NCBI GenBank assembly: GCA_963605975.1
Contig: CAVCWN010000256.1
Coordinates: 1-45,141 of the forward strand
Length of the DNA: 45,141 nucleotides
Direction of reading: 5' to 3'
Source: Desulfovibrionaceae bacterium
GTDB lineage: Bacteria; Spirochaetota; Spirochaetia; Treponematales; Treponemataceae
Below the pieces are notes generated by a model that searched no databases, was not told the origin of the DNA, and worked only from the letters and a program-made list of their open reading frames with translations. Both the position numbers and the translations under genes were made by a program. Each line of letters opens with the position of its first letter. Position 1 is the first letter of the stretch. Of this stretch, positions 28,398 through 38,206 are shown in pieces.

Positions 28398-28495
28398 GTT
28401 GTAGCCCTGTAGTGCCCTGCCCAGTGGCGGTGTAGCGAAGGCGGTAAGCCGTAGCGGAACAGCCACGGAGCGGGGTACGGAAGTGCGGAAGCGAG
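28398..28495 (+). other. GC-rich branched stem-loop 3' of the VR (candidate target-recognition element)
   Basis: GTGCCCTGC/GCGGGGTAC, GTGGC/GCCAC and inner GGC-GGTAA-GCC. Confidence 0.5.
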
Positions 28496-28505
28496 TATAA
28501 AAAAT

Positions 28506-28566
28506 GAGGGAATCACAAATTATTTTAGGATTCCCTTTTGATATGCTAAAACAAATTCAGCATGCC
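28506..28566. terminator. Terminator-like hairpin followed by a family C fragment
   Basis: AGGGAATC/GATTCCCT plus T run; ATGCTAAAACAAATTCAGCAT. Confidence 0.55.
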
Positions 28567-28622
28567 ACTCTGTTTTCTTCAAACGTGGAAAATGCAGTGT
28601 AAACCGTCTTTTTTTGTATCCT

Positions 28623-30194
28623 TTACGCTTCCACAATCTTCCACTCATCAATATTTTTTTCTTTGGAGTTAAAATTCACCCCAATCTTTAAAATTTTTCT
28701 TTTATCACTGGCAAATGGTTCTGCATATTTTTTGTCTTCAATTTGCTTTAGGGCTTCGTCGGCTGATTTATCACGTTTGAATTCAAAAATGTAAACATAA
28801 TTCGCGGTCTGAAGAACACAATCTGCACGGCCAAAAGAATAATGCTGCTCTGCGTTGACAAACTGGCCCAGCAAAATAAAAACGATGTAAATTATATTTT
28901 GAAAATTCTGTTCAATCACAGTATCAGATGGCTTGGTTGAATAGGGCAGTCTTGCAAAAAGTGATTTGAAGTGAGCAAGGATGGAATCTACATCGCCATT
29001 TTGAATGTCTTCATAAAATTCGTCTATGCAAAGGGAATTTGTTGCCATTTTTGAACCGGTAAAAAGTGGCACAAGACACTTTAAAAAACTGTAGCGGACT
29101 TCATCATTTGGGTAGCCAAGATAATAAGAATTAAGCTTGAAATTATAACCTTTTATAGTCAGATAGCCGGACTGGTAAAAAAGTGGGATAGGGTCTGGGT
29201 TGTCGGACCTGTAATCCTGCAAATCATCCTGAAATTCTGAGATTTTGTCTGTGGAAAACTTTTTGGGGTCAAAATCATTTTCTTTGAGTTTTTTTAAAAG
29301 AAATGTCGGGGTGCCAGTTGCAAACCAGTAATTTCCGAGATTACTATCGGCCAGGGAATTTATTAAACTGAAAGGATTGTAGAGGCCTTCTGAATTCTGA
29401 TTAAAACGATAGCCGTCATACATTCGTTTCAATTCTGTAAGACATTCGTTATATGATATGGAAAACTTGTTTGCCATTTTTTGAATTTCTGGCTCAAATG
29501 CTTTTTCCATTTCGCTTTGGGTAATTCCACAAATCGTTGCATAATCTTCTGTCATAGAAATATCACGCAACTGGTTTAAATCGGAAAAGATTGATACTTT
29601 GCTAAACTTTGTGACTCCGGTAATAAATACAAACTTCAAATATTTATCGCAGGATTTAAGATTGCCAAAAAATCCTTTGAAAAGTTTTCTGGATTTTTCC
29701 AGGGCTTCCCCCTCGCTTTCCAGCAGTGATTTATCGTATTCGTCAACAAGAACTACGACGCCGAGTCCTGTTTTTTTGTAGGCGGCTTCAAGAAGGTAAT
29801 TAAATCTTGACGGAAGATTTTCTTTTGCAATGTCAGGATTTTTTTCATAGATTCCTTCCCACTTTGAAAGGTGTATGTCCAAAACAGTTGCAAGGTCAGA
29901 GGAAGATTCATATTTATTCTGGTTAAAGTCAAAATAGAAAACCGGGTATTTTATCCAATCTTTTTCAAGTTCAGAAATTTTTAGTCCGGTAAAAAGTTCT
30001 TTTTTTCCTAAAAAATATGCTTCCATGGTGGAAAGCAAAAGGCTTTTTCCAAATCGACGGGGACGGCTTAAAAAATACTGGCGGCCTTCGCTTGCGAGAC
30101 GATAAACAAATTCTGTTTTGTCGACATACAAAAAGTTTTCTTTTCTAAGAGCTTCAAAACTTTGTACACCGATTGGAAGTTTTCGGATATTCAT
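28623..30194 (-). CDS. AAA-ATPase-like protein with C-terminal PD-(D/E)XK nuclease domain
   Basis: LPIGVQSF, YVDKT, RPRRFGKS, LVDEYD, YNPFS, GRAD..IFEFK, QI..K.Y. Confidence 0.93.
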   Translation of the reverse strand: MNIRKLPIGVQSFEALRKENFLYVDKTEFVYRLASEGRQYFLSRPRRFGKSLLLSTMEAYFLGKKELFTGLKISELEKDWIKYPVFYFDFNQNKYESSSDLATVLDIHLSKWEGIYEKNPDIAKENLPSRFNYLLEAAYKKTGLGVVVLVDEYDKSLLESEGEALEKSRKLFKGFFGNLKSCDKYLKFVFITGVTKFSKVSIFSDLNQLRDISMTEDYATICGITQSEMEKAFEPEIQKMANKFSISYNECLTELKRMYDGYRFNQNSEGLYNPFSLINSLADSNLGNYWFATGTPTFLLKKLKENDFDPKKFSTDKISEFQDDLQDYRSDNPDPIPLFYQSGYLTIKGYNFKLNSYYLGYPNDEVRYSFLKCLVPLFTGSKMATNSLCIDEFYEDIQNGDVDSILAHFKSLFARLPYSTKPSDTVIEQNFQNIIYIVFILLGQFVNAEQHYSFGRADCVLQTANYVYIFEFKRDKSADEALKQIEDKKYAEPFASDKRKILKIGVNFNSKEKNIDEWKIVEA

Positions 30195-30289
30195 AAGATG
30201 ATTTTAACATAAAAAAATAGATAAATGAATGGGGACTTTTGGGAATGGCAATTTTTTCTGTTCTGGTAAATTTGCTTTTTGTAATGGAA

Positions 30290-30408
30290 GCGTAAGGGAT
30301 TGGAGCACCCCGCGCAGCGGGTCCCGGAACGAAGTGGAGGGATGGAGCGATAGCGGAAGTGCGGAAAGCCCGGCCCGGAGTGAGCGGAGCGAACGTAGGG
30401 ATACGCCC
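30290..30408 (+). repeat. Structured intergenic repeat, family A
   Basis: GCGTAAG...GCGGAAAGCCCGGCCC...ACGCCC; near-identical core to 16175-16280. Confidence 0.85.
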
Positions 30409-30490
30409 ATAAAAATAAAAATAAAAAACAAGGGCGGTGCTTTTTTAATTGGTTTGAATTGAGTATAATCAAGTGTTTTTGGAGATACTT

Positions 30491-31708
30491 ATGACAAAAG
30501 AAGAGGCACGGGCGCAGAGGCGTGAAAAGCGGTACTATTTTAGACACAGACTTATTTGGTTTTTGGGACGGAATCCTGTAAAACTTTTTTTGAGGCTTTT
30601 TGTAAACTTGAAGGTGACAAAGGCGCCGAAACTGGAAAGGCCATATATTGTTCTTTCTAATCATGTTACGAATTTGGATCCGATTATTCTGGCGGCTGCT
30701 TTTAAAAAACAAATGTACTTTATTGCAAGCGAACAGTTTTACCGCTCTGGCTTTAAGTCAAAAATTTTGTATTGGGCTTTTCAACCTATTTCGAAAATTA
30801 AGGGGGCTTCTGACCGGCTGACGGTTATGAAAACAATCCGCACTTTGCGAGAGGGAAAAAACATTGCTCTTTTTCCGGAAGGTAACCGCACTTTTAACGG
30901 AGAGTCTGCTAAATCTTTTGAAGCAACAGGCAAATTGATTAAAGTTTCAAAGGCTGGACTTGTTACTTTTAAAATTGAAGGCGGATATATGACTTTTCCG
31001 CGCTGGGGTTTTGGCAAGCGAAAGGGGAAAATGCAGGCTGGTATTGTAAATGTTTACACGTCTGACCAGCTGAGTAAAATGTCTGCAGAAGAGATTGTTG
31101 AACATATTAATCAAGATATTTACACAAACGCTTACGACGAACAGGAAAAAAATAAAATTCAGTTTAAGGGGAAAAATTTGGCATTTGGTATGGAAAGTGC
31201 TTTTTCTGTTTGCCCTGAATGTAAGAAAATTGGTTTTATTGGGTCGCAGGGAAATTCTGTTTTTTGCACAAACTGTGCTGCAAAGGCTACTCTTGATGCT
31301 TACGGATTTTTTAATTCTGAGTTTAAATTTAGAAGTGTTTTGGAATGGGACAAATGGCAGGAAGATTTTTATAAGGATTATGTTTCGAATTTTAAAGATC
31401 CGCTAAAGCCTCTTTTCCAGGATACAAATGTTGCTATAAGGACCGTGACTTCAAATCATAAGACTTGCGAAATTGGATATGGAACATTTTCTCTTTATAA
31501 AGACAGATTTATTTTTGAACCGCTTAACAAAGAGGAAATTGTTTTTGAAATAAAGGATGTGCCTGACCTTTCTGTTTACGGAAAATCTATTTTGTGTTTT
31601 TCAGATTCGGCTGGAACTCATTACGAATTGCACCCGGATAAAATTATCAATGTAAGAAAATATCTTTCTTGTTGGACTTTGCTTCATAAAAAATACGAAA
31701 AAAAATAA
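30491..31708 (+). CDS. Lysophospholipid acyltransferase (PlsC-like) with CxxC-CxxC extension
   Basis: NHVTNLD, FPEGNR, CPEC..CTNC; GGAG before ATG at 30491. Confidence 0.85.
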   Translation: MTKEEARAQRREKRYYFRHRLIWFLGRNPVKLFLRLFVNLKVTKAPKLERPYIVLSNHVTNLDPIILAAAFKKQMYFIASEQFYRSGFKSKILYWAFQPISKIKGASDRLTVMKTIRTLREGKNIALFPEGNRTFNGESAKSFEATGKLIKVSKAGLVTFKIEGGYMTFPRWGFGKRKGKMQAGIVNVYTSDQLSKMSAEEIVEHINQDIYTNAYDEQEKNKIQFKGKNLAFGMESAFSVCPECKKIGFIGSQGNSVFCTNCAAKATLDAYGFFNSEFKFRSVLEWDKWQEDFYKDYVSNFKDPLKPLFQDTNVAIRTVTSNHKTCEIGYGTFSLYKDRFIFEPLNKEEIVFEIKDVPDLSVYGKSILCFSDSAGTHYELHPDKIINVRKYLSCWTLLHKKYEKK

Positions 31709-31722
31709 ATTCTGGAGGTAAC

Positions 31723-32940
31723 ATGAAAAAGTTAACTAAAGAAGAAAAAGCTGCTAGAAGAAAATATCGCCGTCACGTAAGATGGTGGCGCTTTGCAAAA
31801 ATCCTTTGGCCATATTTAAAAAGGAAATATGGTTTGTGTTTTGATAAAGTTCCTGAAATTGAAGGGCCATATCTTGTTCTTGCAAATCATTCAACGACTT
31901 TAGATTCTGTAATCATGTCTATGAATTTTAAAAAGCACATGTATTTTGTTGCAAGTGAGCATGTTTACCGTCGTGGCTGGAAATCAAAATTGCTTTACCA
32001 CTTTTTTGAACCGATTGCAAAAATGAAGGGTTCTTCGGACACGCTTACTGTTATGAAAACAATTCGTTCTTTGCGTGAAGGAAAAAATGTGTGCATCTTT
32101 GCGGAAGGGAACAGAAGCTGGAATGGAAAATCTGATCCTTCGTTGCTTACACCGGCGCTGGGAAAACTGGTAAAGACTTGTAAATCGGCTTTGGTTACTT
32201 ATAAAATTGAAGGCGGATATTTTGCTGACCCTAGATGGGGTTTTACAAAAAGAACAGGCTGGGTTCATGAAGGGGTGGTGAATGTTTACACGAAAGAAGA
32301 AATCCAGCAAATGTCAAATGAAGAAATTGTTGATATTATCAAAAAAGATATAAGCAATAATGATTATGAAACTCAGGCAAAAAATCCTGTAAGGTATAAG
32401 GGAAAAAGACTGGCGGAAGGTCTTGAAATTGCTATGTGTGTTTGTCCTGAATGTCAGTCAATTGGAAAGCTTACAAGTAAAAATGATACAATTACTTGTA
32501 CTGCCTGCAATGCTTCTACAAAATACACAGAGTACGGATATTTTTCTGATGGATTTAAATTCCACACAATCGAAGAGTGGGATGACTGGCAGGAAAAATT
32601 TTACCAAGACTATCTTAAAAAAATTACTGATTTGAATACTCCTCTCTTTTTTGATGAGGATGTTGAGTTAAATGAATTAAGTCAACACCACGATTCAACT
32701 TCTTTAGGGAAAGGGAAGTTTGTAATGTTTAAAGACCGTTTTGAATTTACTAGTGGAGAAAAAACAACTGTTATTCCAATTGCCAATATTCCAGACATGA
32801 GTATTTTTGCCAGAACTGGTTTGACTTTTAAGGATGATAAAACTGGTTTGCATTACGAACTTAATACGGACAAGCGAATCAATGCAAGAAAATATCTTTC
32901 TTGCTGGAATTATCTTAAGCCCGCTCCGTCAAGCGTGTAA
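31723..32940 (+). CDS. Lysophospholipid acyltransferase paralogue
   Basis: NHSTTLD, FAEGNR, CPEC..CTAC; collinear with the upstream gene. Confidence 0.85.
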   Translation: MKKLTKEEKAARRKYRRHVRWWRFAKILWPYLKRKYGLCFDKVPEIEGPYLVLANHSTTLDSVIMSMNFKKHMYFVASEHVYRRGWKSKLLYHFFEPIAKMKGSSDTLTVMKTIRSLREGKNVCIFAEGNRSWNGKSDPSLLTPALGKLVKTCKSALVTYKIEGGYFADPRWGFTKRTGWVHEGVVNVYTKEEIQQMSNEEIVDIIKKDISNNDYETQAKNPVRYKGKRLAEGLEIAMCVCPECQSIGKLTSKNDTITCTACNASTKYTEYGYFSDGFKFHTIEEWDDWQEKFYQDYLKKITDLNTPLFFDEDVELNELSQHHDSTSLGKGKFVMFKDRFEFTSGEKTTVIPIANIPDMSIFARTGLTFKDDKTGLHYELNTDKRINARKYLSCWNYLKPAPSSV

Positions 32941-33710
32941 ACTTGAAGGCACTTGTAAAATGGATGGGTAAAAACTGCAAAGTTGCTTGAATAAATTTCT
33001 TTGAGCAATTCTGGTTTTAACAAATCTTCAGTGGCTCCTGTATAACAGGGGCCATTTTTTTTAAGAAGGGCGAGTTTGTCACAAAAGCGGCTGGCGGTGT
33101 TTAAATCATGAACGCTGGCTAAAATGCCAATATCTTTTTCCAAAGCAATTTTTTTCAATAACAAAAAAAGTTCATCTTGAAAAGCAAAGTCTAAATTTGC
33201 GGCAACTTCGTCCAGCAAAAGATATTCTGGTTCTTGGGCTAGGCAACGGGCAATTCTTACTTTTTGATATTCGCCACCTGAAATTTCAAAAATGTTTTTT
33301 TGAGCAAGATTTTCTATGTGGAGTTCACAAATTATTTGGTCAACGATTTTTTTGTCCTGGGCAGAAGGAATGGAAAAAGAATTTTTAAAATGGCAAAAGC
33401 GTCCCTGCATAACCAGGTCTTTTACTTTATAGTTCCATGTTTGATTTTCGCTTTGTAAAAGAGTTGCAACTTTTTTGGCAAGTTCTTCTGGTTTGAAAGA
33501 ATAGATATTTTTCCCATCAAGATTTACACTTCCTTTAAAATTCAATTTATCAAATCCCGCAAGACCTGCCATAATTGAAATGAGTGTTGATTTTCCACTT
33601 CCGTTTGGTCCGCATAAGCAAAGAAGTTTTTTCTTTTCGACGCAAATATTTACTCCGTCAAGAATTTTATTATTTCCCCAAAATGATTTTATATTTTTTG
33701 CTTCAAACAT
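32910..33710 (-). CDS. Cobalamin/iron-siderophore ABC ATPase
   Basis: GPNGSGKST, ISGGE, LAQEP..LLLDE, HDLN. Confidence 0.92.
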   Translation of the reverse strand: MFEAKNIKSFWGNNKILDGVNICVEKKKLLCLCGPNGSGKSTLISIMAGLAGFDKLNFKGSVNLDGKNIYSFKPEELAKKVATLLQSENQTWNYKVKDLVMQGRFCHFKNSFSIPSAQDKKIVDQIICELHIENLAQKNIFEISGGEYQKVRIARCLAQEPEYLLLDEVAANLDFAFQDELFLLLKKIALEKDIGILASVHDLNTASRFCDKLALLKKNGPCYTGATEDLLKPELLKEIYSSNFAVFTHPFYKCLQVYTLDGAGLR

Positions 33711-33745
33711 TTTCGCCTCAACAAAATAAAAAGTTTTACACTTGC

Positions 33746-34735
33746 CTAAAATTTTGCGGATTTTCTTTCATTAAAAGATGTCAGCAAGAGTGAAATAAAA
33801 AATGGAACTCCAAGGATTGCGGTGACTGTGCCAACTGGAAGTTCTGCAGGTGCAATTACTAAGCGGCAAAGTGTATCTGAAAAAAGAAGCAAGACGGGAC
33901 CCGCTGTCATTGAAAGTGGCAAAAGTTCTTTTCCTTTTACACCTGTTATTTGCCTTATTGCGTGGGGTGCAATTAATCCAACAAAACCAATTGTTCCTCC
34001 GGCACAAACTGCAGCGGATGTTGCAAAGGCACCGGCAACAATAACTTTTATTCGCAAAGAATTTACATTTACCCCTAAAGTTCTTGCTGTTGCTTCACCA
34101 GAAGAAAGTAAATCTAGTTGGGGAATTGAAATTATCATAAAAAAAAGCGCGACTAAAGATGGTAAAAAAATAAATTTGAGTTCATTCCAGCCACGCCCGC
34201 TAAAGGATCCAAGCATCCAAAAATAAATTGAATTTAATTGGCGGTCATTAATTGCAAGCATGATCGAAGTAATTGCTGAATACAAGGAGCCCAAAGCTGT
34301 TCCACAAAGAAGCAGGGCGACTGTAGAAGATTTTGAAATTTTAAAAGAAATTGCTGTTACTAAAAGGGCTGCAAGTAGTGCACCAAAAAAAGCGCCTGCG
34401 TTTAACAAAGAAATTAATCCGCAGCAAAATGCACCTCCTCCAAAAGATGCAGCTATAACGGCACCAAGACTTGCCCCAGAAGTAATGCCCATGATGCCAG
34501 GTTCAGCGAGTGGATTTCTAAAAAACATTTGAAAAAGGGTGCCGGCACCTGCGAGTAAAGCGCCACTAATCAAAACCAGTAAAGTGCGGGGAAGTCGAAT
34601 TTTAAAAAATATTGTCTTTGAAAAATTTGCTTCTGGATTTTGGAAAATATCTTTTAGCGAAAGTTTTTGTGCCCCGAGTGCAAGAGATAAATAAAAGGCT
34701 AGTAAAAAAAGTGACACTAAAATAATTAGCATCAC
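33746..34735 (-). CDS. FecCD/BtuC family permease
   Basis: IRLPR, FRNPLAEP, IGFVGLIAPH, ELPVG..TA..GVPFF. Confidence 0.93.
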   Translation of the reverse strand: MMLIILVSLFLLAFYLSLALGAQKLSLKDIFQNPEANFSKTIFFKIRLPRTLLVLISGALLAGAGTLFQMFFRNPLAEPGIMGITSGASLGAVIAASFGGGAFCCGLISLLNAGAFFGALLAALLVTAISFKISKSSTVALLLCGTALGSLYSAITSIMLAINDRQLNSIYFWMLGSFSGRGWNELKFIFLPSLVALFFMIISIPQLDLLSSGEATARTLGVNVNSLRIKVIVAGAFATSAAVCAGGTIGFVGLIAPHAIRQITGVKGKELLPLSMTAGPVLLLFSDTLCRLVIAPAELPVGTVTAILGVPFFISLLLTSFNERKSAKF

Positions 34736-34756
34736 TGTAAATCTGTTTTTTTTAAT

Positions 34757-35746
34757 TTAATTTTCTCCATAAAAAATTTTTGTCAAATCTGAAATTGCAT
34801 CTACAATTCTTGGACCTGGCCGCGAATACAAATCAGAATCAATCAAATAAATTTTATTATTCTTCACAGCAGAAATATTTTCCCAACCGCTTCTTTCTTT
34901 TACCTGTTCGACTGTAACTCCATTTAAATTTGGCAGCAGGATAATTTCAGGGTCGCGAGAAATTATTGTCTCTTCGCTTACAGAAGGATAATCTGAAAGC
35001 TGGTCATCAAAAATATTTGTTCCACCGCTGGTAACAATCAAATCACTTATGAAAGAATTTTTTCCTGCTGTCATGTAAGGCACGTTCCACACTTCGTAAT
35101 AAACTTTTGCCTTAGCAGCCTCTTTATTTTTTTCAGTAATTTTTTGAATTGAATCCTTCATATTTTTTACGAGTGCGGCAGCTTCTGTAGAACGGCCCGT
35201 CATTTCTCCAACTACTGCAATTTCTTCATAAACTGCATTAATTGAAGAGGCGTCCGAAAGGTAAAGTTTTACTCCGGCTTCATTTAAAGGACTTTCTAAA
35301 AAATCATGCATGCCTTTTGAACCATAAACTAAATCCGGTTTGTAAGAAAGGATTGTTTCTGCGCTTAAAGTTTGTCCGCTAAATCCACCGACGCTTGGAA
35401 TTGCTTCAAGGCGTGACGGGTAATCACAAAAATCTGTTCTGGCAACAATCAAAGATTCTGCTCCCATGGCAGATAAAATTTCTGCTCCTGAAGGGGAAAG
35501 GCAAACTATATTTTGATATTGAATATTTTCTTGAGCGAGAGATTCTTCTTCATTTTTATTTCGCCTGACATAGAGCACAGCTGTTATCAAAAGGAAAGCA
35601 AATAAAATCAAATATTCAAATTTTTTGTTTTGCTTAGAATCGCGCCCAAAATTAGAATTATTTTTTTCGTTTGCAGGGTCGTTTCCTGAAGTTGCGTTAC
35701 TATTTCCATTTTGATTTTGAAAATCAGAATTAAAATTGTCTGACAT
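34757..35746 (-). CDS. BtuF/FecB-like substrate-binding protein, TM-anchored
   Basis: IVCLSPS..EIL, DFCDYP, E.I....PDLV, SRPGPRI. Confidence 0.88.
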   Translation of the reverse strand: MSDNFNSDFQNQNGNSNATSGNDPANEKNNSNFGRDSKQNKKFEYLILFAFLLITAVLYVRRNKNEEESLAQENIQYQNIVCLSPSGAEILSAMGAESLIVARTDFCDYPSRLEAIPSVGGFSGQTLSAETILSYKPDLVYGSKGMHDFLESPLNEAGVKLYLSDASSINAVYEEIAVVGEMTGRSTEAAALVKNMKDSIQKITEKNKEAAKAKVYYEVWNVPYMTAGKNSFISDLIVTSGGTNIFDDQLSDYPSVSEETIISRDPEIILLPNLNGVTVEQVKERSGWENISAVKNNKIYLIDSDLYSRPGPRIVDAISDLTKIFYGEN

Positions 35747-36427
35747 TTATTTTGCCCCCCATTGTGCATAATATTCGTCAATTTCTTTTTTTAAATCTTC
35801 AGAAATAATTCCACCTGGAACATAAAGCTTTTCAACAACATCTTTCATGGTAACAATCGCTTTAACAGGGAATCCGTATTTTTCTGTTATTACGTCCAGC
35901 GCACTTTTTTCACAATCGGGAGCGCGTTCCATTCTGTTGAGTGAAACAATCTCTCCAACAACAGTGACGGCATCTGGTGAAGAGCCTGCCCCTTTCACAA
36001 TCGGATAAGTTTCTTCTATTGATTTACCAGAAGTTGTTACGTCTTCTATTATAATCACACGGTCTCCATCTTTGATTTCGCTTCCAAGAAAAAGGCCTTT
36101 GTCTGCGCCGTGATCTTTTGCTTCTTTGCGATTTGAACAATAGCGAATTTCTTTTCCATAAAGTTCACTGTATGCGATTGCTGTTGTGACGCTTAAAGGT
36201 ATGCCTTTATATGCTGGGCCAAAAAGCACATCAAAATCATCACCAAAATTTTCATGAATTGCCCGTGCGTAATATTTCCCCAAGCGTGAAAGCTGGCTGC
36301 CTGTTACATAAGCACCTGCATTCATAAAAAAAGGAGAGTGACGGCCGCTCTTCAATGTAAACGAACCAAATTTCAAAACCTGACATTCAACCATAAAATC
36401 AATAAATTCTTTCTTGTAATCTTCCAT
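35747..36427 (-). CDS. pyrE: Orotate phosphoribosyltransferase
   Basis: FTLKSGR.SPFF, LFGPAYKGIP, RKEAKDHG, IIEDVTTSG. Confidence 0.96.
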   Translation of the reverse strand: MEDYKKEFIDFMVECQVLKFGSFTLKSGRHSPFFMNAGAYVTGSQLSRLGKYYARAIHENFGDDFDVLFGPAYKGIPLSVTTAIAYSELYGKEIRYCSNRKEAKDHGADKGLFLGSEIKDGDRVIIIEDVTTSGKSIEETYPIVKGAGSSPDAVTVVGEIVSLNRMERAPDCEKSALDVITEKYGFPVKAIVTMKDVVEKLYVPGGIISEDLKKEIDEYYAQWGAK

Positions 36428-36594
36428 GCTTAAAGTTTACAAGTTTTGCGATTTTTATAAAAGTATACTTTTATTTTTTTATTTGGGGGATTTGGCTTAT
36501 TAAAAATAAAAACAGTGCTTGAGATAAGCGTTTATTTTTTTTGTTACGAAAAAACTTTGTTTACAAAAGTCATTCATCAAACTAAAATCATTTT

Positions 36595-38124
36595 ATGCAA
36601 AAGATTTTTAAAGACACACGCATTTTGGATAAGGCTTGTTGTCAGAAATATTTTCTTACAGAAGACATTATGATGGAAAACGCAGCGGCTGCTCTTGAAG
36701 AAGCAGTTATGGCTCACATATTTTCTGCCAGTAATGTTTATTTAAACAGGGCACACTGTCTTATTCTTTGCGGAAATGGAAATAACGGTGGTGACGGTTT
36801 TGCACTTGCCCGCCGTCTTATTCAAAAAAATATTGCCGTGACCATTTGCGAATTTGCTCAACCTAAAACTCGGATAGCAGAACTTCAAAAAAAACGCGCT
36901 CTTTCTCTTGGAGTAAATTTAATTTCTTTCTACGAGCTGGACACTTTTATTGAAGAAAAAAGCATTGATCTTCGTGTTATTGTTGATTGTGTTTTTGGTT
37001 CGGGATTTCATGGGCAGTTGCCGTCAGAGGTAAAAATTGTTTTTGATACAATCAATTCAAATAGAGATGTTTTTAAAATTGCCTGCGACATTCCAAGCGG
37101 ATTATATTTTTCTGCAGACCAGACTGTAACGATGGGCGCCTTGAAATCAGATTTATTCAAAGATAGGGCAAAAGATGTATGTGGAAAAATTACACTTGCT
37201 TCTTTGGGGATTGCACAGAATAATTTTGAAAATTCCGCAGACATTCTTCCATGCGCATTTCTACTGGAAAAATCTGACATGAACCTCCCCTTTAGAAAAA
37301 AAGAAAATGTTAACAAAGGTAGCTTTGGTCATTTGGCACTTGTTGCTGGGGAAAAAACTGGAGCTTCAATTATAGCAGGCCTTTCTGCTTTAAGATTTGG
37401 AGCCGGACTTGCCAGCCTTGTTACTTTTGAAGAAGAAGGAAATTCAAAAGATGATTTCTCTTTTTCAAAAATCAGCCTGGATTTTTCTTCATACGAATTA
37501 ATGGTTTCAAAAAAAATTCCTTCCAATACAAGTGCCCTTGTTTTTGGAATGGGCATGGGACGTGAAAATAAAAAAGCCTTTTTACAAACGACTGCTTTTC
37601 TTGAAGAAAATCCGGATGTGCCTTGTCTTGTTGATGCAGATGCATTTTACTTTGATGAAATAAAAAAATTCTTAGACAAGCGCTGCTCTGCATCTTCGAA
37701 AAAGGTGCAAACAATTTTGACACCACACCCCAAAGAATTTTCTGTTTTGCTAAACAAATGTGGCCTTGGAAATTTTTCCACGCAAGAAGTTGTTGAAAAC
37801 CGGTTAGAGCTGGTTTTAAAATTCTGTCAGCTTTATCAAAATGCCGTTTTGATTTTAAAAGGAGCAAATGTCTTAATTGCTGCTTTTGATCATGAAAAAA
37901 AATCTGTGCAAATTTATGTTAACACTTTTGGAAGTGCGGCTCTTGCGAAAGCAGGTAGTGGGGATGTCCTTTCGGGATTGGCCGGAGCTCTTCTTGCTCA
38001 AAAAAGAAATGCTTTGGATGCCGCAGTTAATGCTTCTTTAGCGCATGCACTTGCTTCCCAAAAAATAAAAAATAATTTTTCTCTTACACCACAAAGTTTG
38101 ATGCAGGCAATAAGTGAACTTTAA
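36595..38124 (+). CDS. nnr: Bifunctional NAD(P)H-hydrate epimerase/dehydratase
   Basis: MENAA, GNNGGDG, DIPSG, DADA, LTPHPKEF, AGSGDVLSG. Confidence 0.92.
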   Translation: MQKIFKDTRILDKACCQKYFLTEDIMMENAAAALEEAVMAHIFSASNVYLNRAHCLILCGNGNNGGDGFALARRLIQKNIAVTICEFAQPKTRIAELQKKRALSLGVNLISFYELDTFIEEKSIDLRVIVDCVFGSGFHGQLPSEVKIVFDTINSNRDVFKIACDIPSGLYFSADQTVTMGALKSDLFKDRAKDVCGKITLASLGIAQNNFENSADILPCAFLLEKSDMNLPFRKKENVNKGSFGHLALVAGEKTGASIIAGLSALRFGAGLASLVTFEEEGNSKDDFSFSKISLDFSSYELMVSKKIPSNTSALVFGMGMGRENKKAFLQTTAFLEENPDVPCLVDADAFYFDEIKKFLDKRCSASSKKVQTILTPHPKEFSVLLNKCGLGNFSTQEVVENRLELVLKFCQLYQNAVLILKGANVLIAAFDHEKKSVQIYVNTFGSAALAKAGSGDVLSGLAGALLAQKRNALDAAVNASLAHALASQKIKNNFSLTPQSLMQAISEL

Positions 38125-38206
38125 TTTTTTGTTTTATCTTTTTATGCAAAAGGAATATAACAAAAGATTAAATGTAAAGGAAAAAAAATTGTACTAAAAT
38201 ATTTTT

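Noticed and set aside
28186..28466. Ala/Thr- and Ala/Val-rich ORFs over the FGE 3' end
   Set aside because: Alternative-frame artefacts of the NNC periodicity
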